NCBI GenBank assembly: GCA_965215335.1
Contig: CBDCDA010000002.1
Coordinates: forward strand, 160,001 to 224,000
Length of the DNA: 64,000 bases
Source of the DNA: an uncultured Candidatus Entotheonella sp.
GTDB lineage: Bacteria > Tectomicrobia > Entotheonellia > Entotheonellales > Entotheonellaceae
Direction of reading: 5' to 3'
Positions 1-10,769 of the stretch are shown piece after piece. Positions within the stretch are counted from its first letter, which is position 1, and every line of letters starts with the position of its first letter. The notes under the pieces were generated by a model. The model was given only the letters and a program-made list of their open reading frames with translations, was not told where the DNA came from and made no database searches. The position numbers and the translations under genes were made by a program.

Positions 1-338
1 ACGAATCGGTCATGTTCCACTCGTTGAACCTTGACCATATGAGGCACATCGTGGACATCCTGCTCGGCCGTCTGAACGATCAGATGGCTGAAAATGGCAT
101 TGCGCTCGAGATCGACGACAGCGCCAAGACCTGGCTGGCGGAACAGGGATACGATCCGGCTTACGGCGCGCGGCCCCTGAAGCGCGCCATCCAGCGTCAC
201 ATTGAAGACCCCCTGTCCGAGGAGGTGCTGCGTGGCGAGTTTGCGCAAGGCGGTGTTGTAGAGATCAAGCTGGCAGGGGAAGAATTGGTGTTCCTCTCCA
301 AGGAGGAAGATGCGGTGGAAACCCTGTCCGATAGCTAG
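1..338 (+). CDS. clpC: Clp protease ATP-binding subunit (ClpC/ClpB), C-terminal end, 5' partial
   Basis: GYDPAYGARPLKRAIQRHIEDPL motif of the Clp D2-small domain; frame open to window edge. Confidence 0.85.
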   Translation, partial: ESVMFHSLNLDHMRHIVDILLGRLNDQMAENGIALEIDDSAKTWLAEQGYDPAYGARPLKRAIQRHIEDPLSEEVLRGEFAQGGVVEIKLAGEELVFLSKEEDAVETLSDS

Positions 339-366
339 CCAGGGTTCTGGTATCCCGATGTAAGTT

Positions 367-404
367 CCAAGGCCCGGTGGGGAAATTTCTCCATCGGGCC
401 TTGG
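367..404 (+). terminator. 17-bp stem-loop after clpC, terminator-like without a U-tract
   Basis: CCAAGGCCCGGTGGGGA-aatt-TCTCCATCGGGCCTTGG, including 2 G-U pairs. Confidence 0.45.
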
Positions 405-475
405 TGTGTCTGGAGGAATGCAAGACATTGGAGTTGCGCAGGGGCTCGGCTGATGGTGGCGGGAGAAGGCGGTTC

Positions 476-2734
476 ATGGCGCGGCAAGGGCGGTTCAGCC
501 TGATCGTGTTGCTGTCAAGCATGCTATTGCCCGTCTGGAACGTAGCGGCGCAAATCGGACCGGGTGCCATCGTCCGTGACATCGAGATTCGTGGCAATCG
601 TCTGACCCAAGAATCCACCATCCGATTCTACCTGGAAACGGAGGAGGGCAAGGCCTACGTTCCCCGGACCCTGAGCGAAGACATCAAGCGGTTGTATGCC
701 CTGGAGACTTTCGACGATATCCGGGTAACGGCGGAAGAAGTCGAAGACGGCATGCGCCTGATCATCGCAGTCACCGAAAAACCCACCGTGCGCCGTGTAA
801 CCTACTCGGGCAATCGGGCGATTCCAGAGGAGGATATCGACGAGCGTATCCAACTCAAGGAACGTTCGACTTTCGACCGGGGTCTCCTCAACGACACGGC
901 CACCGGTATACAAAATCATTACCGTGAATCCGGTTATTATTTCGCGCACGTGCGTCCGGAGGTCGTACCGGTAGCCGATAATCAGGTCGATATCGAGTTG
1001 GTCATCACCGAGGGCAGGCGAATCCGCATCCACAGGATTCAGTTCACCGGCAACACATATTTCACCGACAACCAATTGCGCAAGGAAGTCCAGCTCAAGG
1101 AATACACACTGCCGATTGTGAGCGGTTCGGCGTCGCTCTACCGGCCCGAGGTGCTGCGGGTCGATCTCCAGCTTCTGGAACAGTTATACCAGAACAACGG
1201 CTTCGTGAACGTGCAGATTGGCGAGCCCGTTGTCGAGATCAACCGGGAAGCCGGCGCCATCGCCGTTACCGTGCCCATTGCACGGGAGGGCGAGCAGTAT
1301 AAGGTCGGTATCGTCACCCTCACCGGCAGCGAGGTGTTTAGCTCGGAGGATCTGCGTGGCCTCGTTCGCATAACCAGCGGCGAAATCTACAGCCGCGAGA
1401 CGGTGAGGCGCGATATTCTCACCCTGACGGAGGCATACGCCGACAAGGGCTACGCCTTTGCCGACATCGTCCCAACGGTCTCCCTCGACCAACAGACCCG
1501 TCTGGTCAATCTCGGCTTTACGACCCGTCCTGGACCCAGGGTTTATATCGGACGGATCGATATCATCGGCAACGAACGCACCCAGGATCGGGTCATTCGC
1601 CGCGAATTGCGGCTCGACGAAGGGGATCTGTACAGCGGCAGCAAGCTGCGTCGATCGCGCCAGCGACTCAATAACCTGCAGTATTTCGAAGAAGTCAACA
1701 TCGACACCAGGGCCCGTGCGGAGGGGGACCTGCTCGACCTTGAGGTGCAGCTGCGAGAGCGCTCAACCGGACAATTCAGCGCCGGGCTTGGATTCAGTTC
1801 GGTTGAAAACGTCATCTTCACGGCTTCCGTGGTGCAGAACAATCTCTTCGGCCGCGGCCAGTCAGTGAGCGCGAATGCGCATATCGGCGGCATCTCGCAG
1901 GACTTTTCCCTTTCCTTCCGTGAGCCATGGCTTTATGGTTGGCCCATCAGCCTGGGAGCCAGCATCTTTAACCGTGCGGAGGATTTTCAGACTTTCGACG
2001 TGAACCGCACGGGTGCCAGTCTGAGTCTCGGGCGCGCGATCGGCGAATTCGCCCGCATTTCGGCCGCTTACCGATACGAGGTACTCGACATCAGCAACCT
2101 GAGCCCTGGCGCTTCCGGACGGCTCCAGCAGTCGGAGGGCAAATCGACAACCAGCAGTGTCACCCCGAGCATCGTGCGGGATTCGCGCGACAACGTGTTC
2201 AACCCGTCGGAAGGCTCGGTCAATTCGTTTGAGATCCAGCTGGCGGGCTTGGGCGGCGACAATCGCTATTACAAGGCGATCGGCAATTCCACCTGGTATT
2301 TCGCGCTTCCTGCCGAAATGACGGGTTTCGTGCGCGGCCGGTTCGGCTTCGGCGATGGCTTTGGCGGCAACGATTTGCCGCTCCCGGAGCTGTTTTTTCT
2401 CGGCGGCGTCACGACCATACGCGGCTTTGAATTCCGCGATATAGGGCCGGAGGACGATGACGGCAATCCTTTGGGCGGGACGTCCTTCGTGCAGTTCAAT
2501 ATCGAGATTGGCAGGAGCCTTGGTGCCTTGTTGAGGTTGGTCGCGTTCGTTGACGTGGGTAACGTGTACGGACCAGATAATGACTTCGACATAGGCAGTC
2601 TGCGACGTAGTGCCGGGCTCGGCGTCCGCATCGTAACGCCGATAGGACCGATTCGCCTGGACTATGGTTTCAAGCTGGACAAGAAACCGGGTGAATCGTC
2701 CGGCAGACTGGGCTTCCTCTTGGGCACCTTTTAA
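476..2734 (+). CDS. bamA: Outer membrane protein assembly factor BamA
   Basis: Signal peptide, repeated POTRA motifs (I.F.GN), IRGF motif, C-terminal Phe; ATG 476 preferred over GTG 377. Confidence 0.95.
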   Translation: MARQGRFSLIVLLSSMLLPVWNVAAQIGPGAIVRDIEIRGNRLTQESTIRFYLETEEGKAYVPRTLSEDIKRLYALETFDDIRVTAEEVEDGMRLIIAVTEKPTVRRVTYSGNRAIPEEDIDERIQLKERSTFDRGLLNDTATGIQNHYRESGYYFAHVRPEVVPVADNQVDIELVITEGRRIRIHRIQFTGNTYFTDNQLRKEVQLKEYTLPIVSGSASLYRPEVLRVDLQLLEQLYQNNGFVNVQIGEPVVEINREAGAIAVTVPIAREGEQYKVGIVTLTGSEVFSSEDLRGLVRITSGEIYSRETVRRDILTLTEAYADKGYAFADIVPTVSLDQQTRLVNLGFTTRPGPRVYIGRIDIIGNERTQDRVIRRELRLDEGDLYSGSKLRRSRQRLNNLQYFEEVNIDTRARAEGDLLDLEVQLRERSTGQFSAGLGFSSVENVIFTASVVQNNLFGRGQSVSANAHIGGISQDFSLSFREPWLYGWPISLGASIFNRAEDFQTFDVNRTGASLSLGRAIGEFARISAAYRYEVLDISNLSPGASGRLQQSEGKSTTSSVTPSIVRDSRDNVFNPSEGSVNSFEIQLAGLGGDNRYYKAIGNSTWYFALPAEMTGFVRGRFGFGDGFGGNDLPLPELFFLGGVTTIRGFEFRDIGPEDDDGNPLGGTSFVQFNIEIGRSLGALLRLVAFVDVGNVYGPDNDFDIGSLRRSAGLGVRIVTPIGPIRLDYGFKLDKKPGESSGRLGFLLGTF

Positions 2735-2773
2735 GGCGCAGGGCAATAAAGCTTCAACCTGGCAGGGAAAGGA

Positions 2774-3379
2774 GTGCAGATGACGCGTCCATGGAGTTTG
2801 AAAAGCCCGGGACTCCTGATGTTGGCGTTCGCTGTGGGCTTGGGCTGGGCTGGCACGGTTCAGGCGCAGGGCGTCAAGAAGGTGGGAGTGGTCGATTTAC
2901 AAACGGTGCTGGATAGCTCGGTGCGCGGCAAGGCCGCAAAGGAGCGCCTGAAGGAACTCGGCGACCAGTTGCAGCGCGAGATTCAGGCCAAGCGCGAATT
3001 TAAGGAGCGCAAGGAGGAGGAGCTGCAAAATCTTCGCAGCGAGATTCAAAGACAGGGTCTCGTGCTCAGTGAGCAGGCGCGCATGGCGAAGGAAGAGGAA
3101 TTCCGCAAGAGCATCCGGGAATTGAAGCGCTTTATCGACGACACCAATAATTTCATCGACGACGCCACACAGGAATTCCGCGAGAAGGAGGTGCGCGAAA
3201 CCCAATTGCTGCTCGTCGCCATTCGGGACGTCGTGCGCGAGGTCGGGGGGCGCGGCCAATACTCCCTGATCCTGGAGGGTAACGACAGCGCTGCGCTCGT
3301 TCTCTACGTGGATGCCACCGTTGACCTTACCGAAGAGGTCATTCAGTTGTTTGATCAGGCGTCGGGCGAGGCCGAGTAG
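2774..3379 (+). CDS. skp: Periplasmic chaperone Skp/OmpH
   Basis: Signal peptide, KVGVVDLQ, coiled coil, DLTEEVI; lies between bamA and lpxD. Confidence 0.9.
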   Translation: MQMTRPWSLKSPGLLMLAFAVGLGWAGTVQAQGVKKVGVVDLQTVLDSSVRGKAAKERLKELGDQLQREIQAKREFKERKEEELQNLRSEIQRQGLVLSEQARMAKEEEFRKSIRELKRFIDDTNNFIDDATQEFREKEVRETQLLLVAIRDVVREVGGRGQYSLILEGNDSAALVLYVDATVDLTEEVIQLFDQASGEAE

Positions 3380-3396
3380 CCTGCGAGGGGAGGGTC

Positions 3397-4434
3397 ATGC
3401 GCACGACGCTGGCCGAGTTGGCGCAGTTGCTCGAAGCTGAGATTGTCGGGGACGGGCTGACGACAATCCGCGGCATCGCGCCCCTCGAGGAAGCAAGGGC
3501 TGGTGATCTGGCCTTCGTGGCGGACAACGGCAACGCCCCGGGTCGTCTGGCCGCATCGCAGGCCAGCGCAGTTCTCGTCGCGCCGGACATGCCGGTGGAC
3601 CGGTCCGCTCTTCGCGTGCCCGATCCGTATCTCGGACTTATCCGCCTGATGGAAACATACTTCCCGCAGCAACATCCGGCCTGGGGTGTCGACCAGCGTG
3701 CCGTGCTGGCGCCGGACGTTGTGGTGGGCCAGCGCGTGAGCGTTGGGCCGTACGTGGTGATCGGCGAAGGTGCCCGGCTGGAGGACGGCGTCGTTATCTA
3801 TCCCGGAACCTACATTGGACCTGGATGCCATATTGGACCGGAATGCGTCTTGTATGCCAACGTAAGCCTCTACCCTCGGGTGACCCTGGGGCGTGGCGTG
3901 GTCATTCACAGCGGTGCGGTCATTGGCGCGGATGGCTTTGGGTACCGCCGCTTGGCCGACGGAGGCTACCGTAAAATCCCGCAGGTTGGTGGCGTCCTTG
4001 TTGGCGATGGCGTAGAGATCGGCGCCAATACGTGTATCGACCGCGCCACCCTCGGCAACACGGTCGTTGAGGCCGAGGCGAAGCTTGACAACCTCGTGCA
4101 GGTTGGCCACAACAGCGTGGTGGGAGCTTATACCGTCATGGCCGGGCAGGCAGGGGTATCAGGAAGCGTACGAATAGGCGCCAGGGTGCGCATGGGCGGG
4201 CAGGCCGGCATCGCTGATCACGTAACTGTCGGCGATAAGGCGGCCATCGCCGCGCAAGCCGGCGTGGCGACCGACGTGACGCCCGGCACCACGGTGTTCG
4301 GTTCGCCGGCAGTTCCCTCAACCCTCGCCAAGCGGGCGCACTTCTATGGACTGAAGCTCGGAGAATTGTTTCAACGTGTCAAGCGACTGCAGCGGCGCCT
4401 CGAGGCACTCGAGAGCCGAGATGAGGGAAAGTGA
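3397..4434 (+). CDS. lpxD: UDP-3-O-acylglucosamine N-acyltransferase
   Basis: Hexapeptide repeats, [28 protein letters not shown]. Confidence 0.95.
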   Translation: MRTTLAELAQLLEAEIVGDGLTTIRGIAPLEEARAGDLAFVADNGNAPGRLAASQASAVLVAPDMPVDRSALRVPDPYLGLIRLMETYFPQQHPAWGVDQRAVLAPDVVVGQRVSVGPYVVIGEGARLEDGVVIYPGTYIGPGCHIGPECVLYANVSLYPRVTLGRGVVIHSGAVIGADGFGYRRLADGGYRKIPQVGGVLVGDGVEIGANTCIDRATLGNTVVEAEAKLDNLVQVGHNSVVGAYTVMAGQAGVSGSVRIGARVRMGGQAGIADHVTVGDKAAIAAQAGVATDVTPGTTVFGSPAVPSTLAKRAHFYGLKLGELFQRVKRLQRRLEALESRDEGK

Positions 4435-4898
4435 TGTCGCTGGGCCCGGAAGATATCTTGGCGTTGTTGCCGCATCGGTACCCTTTTATCCTGGTGGACC
4501 GCATTCGGGAAATCAAACCGAGCCAATACGCCATCGGGGTCAAGAACGTCAGCCTCAATGAGCCGTTCTTTCAGGGGCATTTCCCGCATTATCGAGTGAT
4601 GCCCGGCGTGCTTATTGTTGAGGCCATGGCGCAAGTTGCCGGTGTCCTCGTCGGCTATTCGAAGCCGCAGGCGGTTACCAGCACCTGTCTGCCGTTGCTC
4701 GCGGGTGTCGACCAGTGTCGATTCAGGCGTCAGGTTGTCCCGGGGGATCAACTCGTCATGCGCCTTGAGGTGGTTCGACGACACGGCCTACTCTGGCGTG
4801 TCGCGGGTCAGGCCCGTGTGGACGGCGAGCTGGCGACACAGGCCCAACTGCTGGTGCTTCTCGGCGACAAACCTGATTCCAAAGAAGATGCCCGGTAA
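4431..4898 (+). CDS. fabZ: 3-hydroxyacyl-ACP dehydratase
   Basis: [23 protein letters not shown]. Confidence 0.95.
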   Translation: MMSLGPEDILALLPHRYPFILVDRIREIKPSQYAIGVKNVSLNEPFFQGHFPHYRVMPGVLIVEAMAQVAGVLVGYSKPQAVTSTCLPLLAGVDQCRFRRQVVPGDQLVMRLEVVRRHGLLWRVAGQARVDGELATQAQLLVLLGDKPDSKEDAR

Positions 4899-5728
4899 TG
4901 CGGATCGATTCGCGGGCGATCGTCGACCCGAGCGCCAACGTGGCAGACGATGTCGTCATTGGCCCCTTCAGCATCATCCAGGCGGGCGTCACCATCGGTG
5001 CCAATACCAGGATTGGTTCCCATGTCGTTGTCGAGTCAGGCACCACCGTCGGCGCGCGGTGCCGCATCGGCAGTGGCGCCAAGCTGGGTGGTGCCCCCCA
5101 GGACATGAGCTATGAGGGCGGGACGAGTTACCTGAACATCGGTGATGCGTGCGACATTCGTGAACTGGCCGTCATCCAACGCGGCGCCACCACGGGTGGC
5201 TGCACGAAAATCGGCTCGCACAACTTCATCATGTCGCAGGCCCACATCGCGCACGACTGCGTTCTCGGCGATCACGTCATCGTGGCCAGCCTGACGGCCT
5301 TGGCGGGTTACGTCGAGGTCGAAGATTGGGCGACGGTGGGAGGTGTAACCGGCGTGCATCAATTCGTACGCATCGGCACGCACAGCATGATAGGGGGCGC
5401 CTCGCGTCTGATTCAGGACGCGCCGCCCTACATGCGCACCGTGGGCAATCCGGCGATGGTGCGTGGCGTGAACACCATCGGCCTGAAGCGGTCGGGGTTT
5501 ATACCGAAACAGCGCAAGGAACTCAAGGACGTCTACCGCCTGCTCTACCGCTCGGATTTGAATATCTCCCAAGTTCTTGATACATTACGGTGCCAGCCGC
5601 ACCCTAGTGTGCCAGTTGCTCACTTGTTGCGCTTCATTGAACGGTCCAAACGGGGCCTCTGCTCGTCGCCTCACAAGTCGTCCAGCCGTGATACGGAAGG
5701 TGAAGGGGAAAAATGGGACGAAAACTGA
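4898..5728 (+). CDS. lpxA: UDP-N-acetylglucosamine acyltransferase
   Basis: Hexapeptide repeats, PQD, HIAHDC, HQFVRIG. Confidence 0.95.
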   Translation: MRIDSRAIVDPSANVADDVVIGPFSIIQAGVTIGANTRIGSHVVVESGTTVGARCRIGSGAKLGGAPQDMSYEGGTSYLNIGDACDIRELAVIQRGATTGGCTKIGSHNFIMSQAHIAHDCVLGDHVIVASLTALAGYVEVEDWATVGGVTGVHQFVRIGTHSMIGGASRLIQDAPPYMRTVGNPAMVRGVNTIGLKRSGFIPKQRKELKDVYRLLYRSDLNISQVLDTLRCQPHPSVPVAHLLRFIERSKRGLCSSPHKSSSRDTEGEGEKWDEN

Positions 5729-6681
5729 GAGTTGGCGTTGTCGGTGTCGGGCACATGGGGCGGTATCACGTGGGGCTTTACAGCGAATTGTCCGATGTCG
5801 ATCTGGTAGGCGTCGCCGACATCAACCACGGCCGCGCGCATACTACCGCTCAACAATACGACACCACCGCCTATACCAATTACCACGACCTGATTGACAA
5901 GGTGGACGCCGTCAGCATCGCCGTCCCGACCTCCTTGCACTACCCCGTTGCCAGAGACTTTCTGGAGGCAGGCGTGCACGTCCTCCTCGAAAAACCCATT
6001 ACCCACACCATGGACGAAGCCCGCGACCTGTTCGACCTGGCTGACTCCGGGAATATGGTCCTGCACGTCGGGCACGTCGAACGTTTTAACGGCGCGGTGC
6101 AGGAGCTGAAAAAGATCGTCCACGAACCCTTGGTGATCGAAAGCCGCCGGCTGGGTCCTTTCGTTCCGCGCATCAAGGATGACGGGGTGATTCTGGACGT
6201 CATGATTCACGATATTGACATCATCCTGGGACTCGTTCCTTCCCCCATTCAGCGCATACAGGCCCTGGGCCGGTCGGTATATACCGGCAAGGAGGATCTG
6301 GCCAATGTACAGATCTGCTTCCAGAACGGCTGTATCGCCACCCTCCTTGCCTCCCGGGCCACCGAGGTCAAGGTTCGTACCATGGCGATCACGCAGCCCA
6401 ATGCCTATATCGTGCTGGATTACACCGATCAGGACATTCGTGTGCATCGTCAGGCCACCTCGGAACACATCGTTACGCGCGGCACGTTGCGATACAAGCA
6501 GGAGTCTTTCATCGAGCGCATCTTCGTGCATAAAGACAATCCCCTCAAGCTGGAAATCAAGAACTTCATCGACAGCACTGTCCATCAAGTCCGACGGGTG
6601 CCTACCGTGGCCGAGGAACTGCACTCGCTGCAGGTAGCCCTGCAAGTCCTCGAAATCCTGGAAAAAGACGGTATGTTCTGA
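5713..6681 (+). CDS. gnnA: Gfo/Idh/MocA oxidoreductase, probable UDP-GlcNAc 3-dehydrogenase (GnnA-like)
   Basis: GVGHMG, LEKP, GHVERFN, DVMIHDID; directly after lpxA. Confidence 0.7.
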   Translation: MGRKLRVGVVGVGHMGRYHVGLYSELSDVDLVGVADINHGRAHTTAQQYDTTAYTNYHDLIDKVDAVSIAVPTSLHYPVARDFLEAGVHVLLEKPITHTMDEARDLFDLADSGNMVLHVGHVERFNGAVQELKKIVHEPLVIESRRLGPFVPRIKDDGVILDVMIHDIDIILGLVPSPIQRIQALGRSVYTGKEDLANVQICFQNGCIATLLASRATEVKVRTMAITQPNAYIVLDYTDQDIRVHRQATSEHIVTRGTLRYKQESFIERIFVHKDNPLKLEIKNFIDSTVHQVRRVPTVAEELHSLQVALQVLEILEKDGMF

Positions 6682-6726
6682 GCCTGCGCGGTTGCTGCAT
6701 GACAATGGCGGAGGAGGAGAACAGCC

Positions 6727-7599
6727 ATGGCCGAAGATGGCGCACACCGCCTCGTTTCGGGTGCCGCGTGTGGTTCCGATACATCGTCGCTCGGCATGAT
6801 TGCCGGTGCTGGCGATATTCCGCTCCTCATCGCACGTCAAGCCAGACGCGAAGATCGCCCCTTGCCCACCATCGCGCTCTCGCCGCAAATTGCCGCCGAT
6901 CTGGCGCCGTATTGTCCGATCCTGTCCCAGCACGGCCCCGGTCAACTCAGCAAAATTATCCGTACCTTGCGGCATTATGAAGTACGCCGAGTCGTCATGG
7001 TCGGCAAGGTGGAGAAACGCTTTCTCTTCCAGGCACCGCGTCTGGACCTGCGAACCCTGCGCCGCCTCGGTCAGTTGCCGGATTACCGGGATGTCACCAT
7101 GCTGGAGGCCCTTGCGACTGAGTTCGCCAAGGAAGACCTGCAGGTGGTCGAACAGACATGCCTGCTGGGGCACTTGCTGACGCCGGAGGGGGTGTTTGGC
7201 AGACACCAGCCGGACAGCCGGGGCTGGGAGGATATTGGCTACGGCTTTGCGCAGGCCAAGCAGCTTGCCTCGATGGATATCGGGCAAACGGTTGTGATTC
7301 GCCGCCGTACGATTCTCGCCGTGGAGGCGCTGGAGGGCACGGACGCTGCAATCCGGCGCGGCTGTGCGTATGGGCGCCGCGGTGCTGTGGTGGTGAAGGT
7401 CAATCGACGGCAGCAGGACATGCGCTTTGATGTGCCCGTTGTCGGGCCGCACACCCTGGCAGCAGCGGTGGAAGGCCGGGCGAGCGTGCTGGCGGTGGAG
7501 GCGGGAACGACCGTTATGCCGTACCTCCCGGAGTTGATAGCGACGGCCAACGCCAGTCGCCTGGCGTTGGTCGGGGTCACGCCGGCACTGCTGCAATAA
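6727..7599 (+). CDS. lpxI: UDP-2,3-diacylglucosamine pyrophosphatase LpxI
   Basis: GMIAGAG, DIGQTVV, AVEALEGTD, QDMRFDVP. Confidence 0.9.
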   Translation: MAEDGAHRLVSGAACGSDTSSLGMIAGAGDIPLLIARQARREDRPLPTIALSPQIAADLAPYCPILSQHGPGQLSKIIRTLRHYEVRRVVMVGKVEKRFLFQAPRLDLRTLRRLGQLPDYRDVTMLEALATEFAKEDLQVVEQTCLLGHLLTPEGVFGRHQPDSRGWEDIGYGFAQAKQLASMDIGQTVVIRRRTILAVEALEGTDAAIRRGCAYGRRGAVVVKVNRRQQDMRFDVPVVGPHTLAAAVEGRASVLAVEAGTTVMPYLPELIATANASRLALVGVTPALLQ

Positions 7600-7616
7600 T
7601 ACGGCGGGAGAGCGTT

Positions 7617-8801
7617 ATGGCCAGTTACACGCAGGACGCGCCGCTTCTCGTCATTGCGGGCGAAACATCGGGCGATCAGCACGGCGCGGCAATGATCTGT
7701 CTCTTGAGAGAGGCCTTCCCGGACCTGCCGATCTTCGGAGTGGGCGGTGAGCACATGCGCGCGGCCGGTGTGGAGACGCTGTTCGACATCGAGGCGCTGA
7801 ACGTCGTGGGCCTCGTCGAAGTGCTCGCGAAGGTTCCCTCAAGCCTGTTGATGGCGCGCCATCTTCTACGGGCCGCTCGTGAGCGCGGCGTTCGTGTGGT
7901 GGTGCTGATCGACTCGCCGGGCTTTAATCTGCCCTTTGCCCGCTGGGCCAAACAGGCAGGTTTGCAGGTTGTCTGTTACGTCAGCCCGCAGATTTGGGCT
8001 TGGCGGCAGAACCGTGTCCACAAGGTGGCGCGCCGCGTGGACAAGATGCTGACGCTGTTCCCGTTCGAGGTGCCGTTCTACGCCGCCGCCGGGGTCGACG
8101 CCGAATACGTCGGGCACCCGCTCCTCGATTGTCTGCCCGGCCTGCCGGAGCACGGCCAGGCTGCCCAGACACTGGGATTAGACGCGCAGCGGCCCATCGT
8201 CGCCCTGCTCCCTGGCAGCCGTCGTCGGGAAGTGGAACTCTTGCTGGAACCCATGCTCGCGGCGCTGAGCCTGATCCGACGCGAGCTGCCCGAGGTGCAG
8301 GGTGTCCTGCCGGTGGCACCGGCCGTGTCGACCACGGTGCGGCAGGTTGTATCCGGGTTTTCCGGCGCGCTTGCGGTGGTCAGCCAGCAGAGTCTGACGG
8401 CGTTATGCGCGGCCGACTTCGCAATCGTTGCTTCCGGCACAGCGACCCTGGAAGCCGGTCTTGTCGGCACCCCCATGGTGATCGTCTACCGCGTCAACCA
8501 CCTCACCGCATGGCTGGCCAAGCGGCTGCTGCGGGTTCCCCGCATCGGACTGATCAACATTGTCGCCGGGCGTCAGGTCGTTCCCGAACTGTTACAGAAA
8601 GCGGTATCTCCGCACACCATGGCCGCCGTGGCCTTGAGCGTCCTGCGAGACCCTGCCGAAGCCCGGCGGATCAGGAGGGAGCTAACGGCACTACGCGCAA
8701 CGCTGGGCGAAGGCGGCAGCAGCCGACGAGCGGCCGCAAGCGTCGGCGCGGCCCTGCGCCAGGCGCGCGGCAGACACACGGACGTTCGGGTGCCCGAATG
8801 A
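7617..8801 (+). CDS. lpxB: Lipid A disaccharide synthase
   Basis: IAGETSGD, YVSPQIWAWR, LLPGSR, SGTATLE. Confidence 0.95.
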   Translation: MASYTQDAPLLVIAGETSGDQHGAAMICLLREAFPDLPIFGVGGEHMRAAGVETLFDIEALNVVGLVEVLAKVPSSLLMARHLLRAARERGVRVVVLIDSPGFNLPFARWAKQAGLQVVCYVSPQIWAWRQNRVHKVARRVDKMLTLFPFEVPFYAAAGVDAEYVGHPLLDCLPGLPEHGQAAQTLGLDAQRPIVALLPGSRRREVELLLEPMLAALSLIRRELPEVQGVLPVAPAVSTTVRQVVSGFSGALAVVSQQSLTALCAADFAIVASGTATLEAGLVGTPMVIVYRVNHLTAWLAKRLLRVPRIGLINIVAGRQVVPELLQKAVSPHTMAAVALSVLRDPAEARRIRRELTALRATLGEGGSSRRAAASVGAALRQARGRHTDVRVPE

Positions 8802-9478
8802 AATCGTCTGGGGTGTTGCTGAATTCGTCCCCCGCGGCCAGGCGTGCCGTTGTACGGCTCCTCAGCTGGCTGTTGCGCGGCTTCTTTGTAACGCTACGCC
8901 CCGAGTACGTTCAGCGGCATGTCGAGCAGCAGGCGCAGGGCACCCCGACGCCGGTCCTGTTCGCCTTCTGGCATGGGCGCATGCTGTATTTCCTGAAACT
9001 GTACGAGTACCTCGGATCACGGGTTACGATTCTCGTCAGCCATAGTAGCGACGGCGAATTGGTGACGCAACTGTTGTCGAGCTTTGGTCTGCCGACGACC
9101 CGCGGCTCCACCAGCCGAGGCGGTGCTCGCGGGCTCTTGGCCGTCGTGAACAAAGTGCGAAGCGGCATCCACGCCGGCTTTACCCCGGACGGGCCGCGCG
9201 GCCCGCGTTACCAGGTGCAACCCGGCTTGGTCCTGGTGGCCAAACGGACCGGCGCTCCCATTTTGCCGATGACCTTCGGCGCCCGGTGGAAACGGGTGCT
9301 GGCGAGCTGGGACGCCTTTCTGCTGCCCTTGCCTTTCAGCCGTATCGTGGTGGTTTACGGTGAACCGATCTACGTACCGGCCGACGCCTCCGCCGCCGCC
9401 CTGGAGGCCAAGCGCCGGGAGGTCGAGACCAGCCTGCGGCGCATCACGGAAACAGCCGACAATTACTTCACAGCCTGA
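8798..9478 (+). CDS. DUF374 lysophospholipid acyltransferase family protein (LpxJ-like)
   Basis: FWHG, SSDGE, RGSTSRGG, TPDGPRGP; ATG 8798 overlaps lpxB stop (ATGA). Confidence 0.85.
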   Translation: MKSSGVLLNSSPAARRAVVRLLSWLLRGFFVTLRPEYVQRHVEQQAQGTPTPVLFAFWHGRMLYFLKLYEYLGSRVTILVSHSSDGELVTQLLSSFGLPTTRGSTSRGGARGLLAVVNKVRSGIHAGFTPDGPRGPRYQVQPGLVLVAKRTGAPILPMTFGARWKRVLASWDAFLLPLPFSRIVVVYGEPIYVPADASAAALEAKRREVETSLRRITETADNYFTA

Positions 9479-10756
9479 ATGTCTGTCCTCTATACCCTTC
9501 TCCTCATCGGTGCCGGGGTCGCCTCGTTGCCGTACCTTCTGTGGCGCTGCCTGCGTGGTGCGACCTACTTGCAGGGCCTGGCTGAACGCTTTGGCGGCGT
9601 TTCCTTTCCGCAAGGAGAGCCGGCGGGGTGCCTCTGGTTTCACGCGGCGTCCGTAGGCGAAGTGCAGGGATTGCAACCAATCATTGCCGCCTTGCGCGAT
9701 CGTTTTCCGTCACGACCCGTGGTGCTCTCCACGTTCACCCCCGCCGGTAAGGCCCTGGCGCAGAAAGTGGTTCCGCAGGCTGCGCGAGTGTTCCTGTTGC
9801 CGTTTGATTTACCCTGGACCGTTGGCAAGATGGTGCGGCGCCTGCGTCCCGGGGCCCTGATCGTGCAGGAGACGGAGTTGTGGCCGAATCTGTTTCGCGA
9901 ACTGGGGCGCCTGCACGTACCCATTGTGCTGGTGAACGGGCGTCTTGCGCCACGCTCTTTTCGGAGATACGACCAGGTTCGCCCGTTCATGCGCCGTGTG
10001 CTGGCCCATGTGTCGCTGATCCTGGCGCAGTCCGACAGCAGTGCGCGGCGGTTTCATCGCCTCGGGGCGCCCGTGCACAAGGTTCAGATAGTGGGGAACA
10101 CCAACATTGACCGGGCGTTGAGGCAGGCCGAACAGCCCACGCCGCCACACCCCATGACATCCCTTCTGGCGAACAGGCAGGTGTTGGTGGCCGGCAGCAC
10201 GCACGAAGGCGAGGAGGCGGTCCTGCTGTCGGTATACCAGCGTTTGCGCGCCCAGCACCCCGACCTCTGCCTGGTTCTGGCGCCTCGTCATCTCGAACGG
10301 GTCGAAACCGTTGCGCGGCACGTGCAAGCCTGCCATTTGTCCACCATCCGACGGTCCCGGTATCCCGGCGAATCCAGCTTTCGGCCTGCCGTGGTCATTC
10401 TCGACACCCTGGGCGAACTTGTCGCTTTCTACAAGCTGTGTACCGTGGCCTTCGTCGGCGGTAGCCTGGCGCCCGTCGGCGGGCACAACATCCTGGAGCC
10501 AGTCATGTTCGCCAAGCCCTTGCTGTTCGGCCCGCACATGCATCACTTTCCGGAGTTGACGGGCCTGTTGCGCGACGCCGACGGCGCCATCCAGGTACGT
10601 GATGGCGCCGACTTGTACACGCATACAGCGCATCTGCTGGCGAATCCAGCCGAAGCCGCTGCCATGGGCCAACGCGCGATCCGGATCCTCGGTGCCAACC
10701 GTGGGGCTCTGCAGCGTACCTGCGAGGCGGTTGTCGCCGTGCTTGAAAGCACGTAG
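9479..10756 (+). CDS. waaA: Kdo transferase
   Basis: WFHAASVGE, ETELWPN, AGSTHEGE, GGHNILEP. Confidence 0.95.
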   Translation: MSVLYTLLLIGAGVASLPYLLWRCLRGATYLQGLAERFGGVSFPQGEPAGCLWFHAASVGEVQGLQPIIAALRDRFPSRPVVLSTFTPAGKALAQKVVPQAARVFLLPFDLPWTVGKMVRRLRPGALIVQETELWPNLFRELGRLHVPIVLVNGRLAPRSFRRYDQVRPFMRRVLAHVSLILAQSDSSARRFHRLGAPVHKVQIVGNTNIDRALRQAEQPTPPHPMTSLLANRQVLVAGSTHEGEEAVLLSVYQRLRAQHPDLCLVLAPRHLERVETVARHVQACHLSTIRRSRYPGESSFRPAVVILDTLGELVAFYKLCTVAFVGGSLAPVGGHNILEPVMFAKPLLFGPHMHHFPELTGLLRDADGAIQVRDGADLYTHTAHLLANPAEAAAMGQRAIRILGANRGALQRTCEAVVAVLEST

Positions 10757-10769
10757 GGTCTGACTGTGT

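Noticed and set aside
7994..8797. N-terminal extension of the DUF374 ORF
   Set aside because: Overlaps lpxB out of frame; the real start is the ATGA-coupled ATG at 8798
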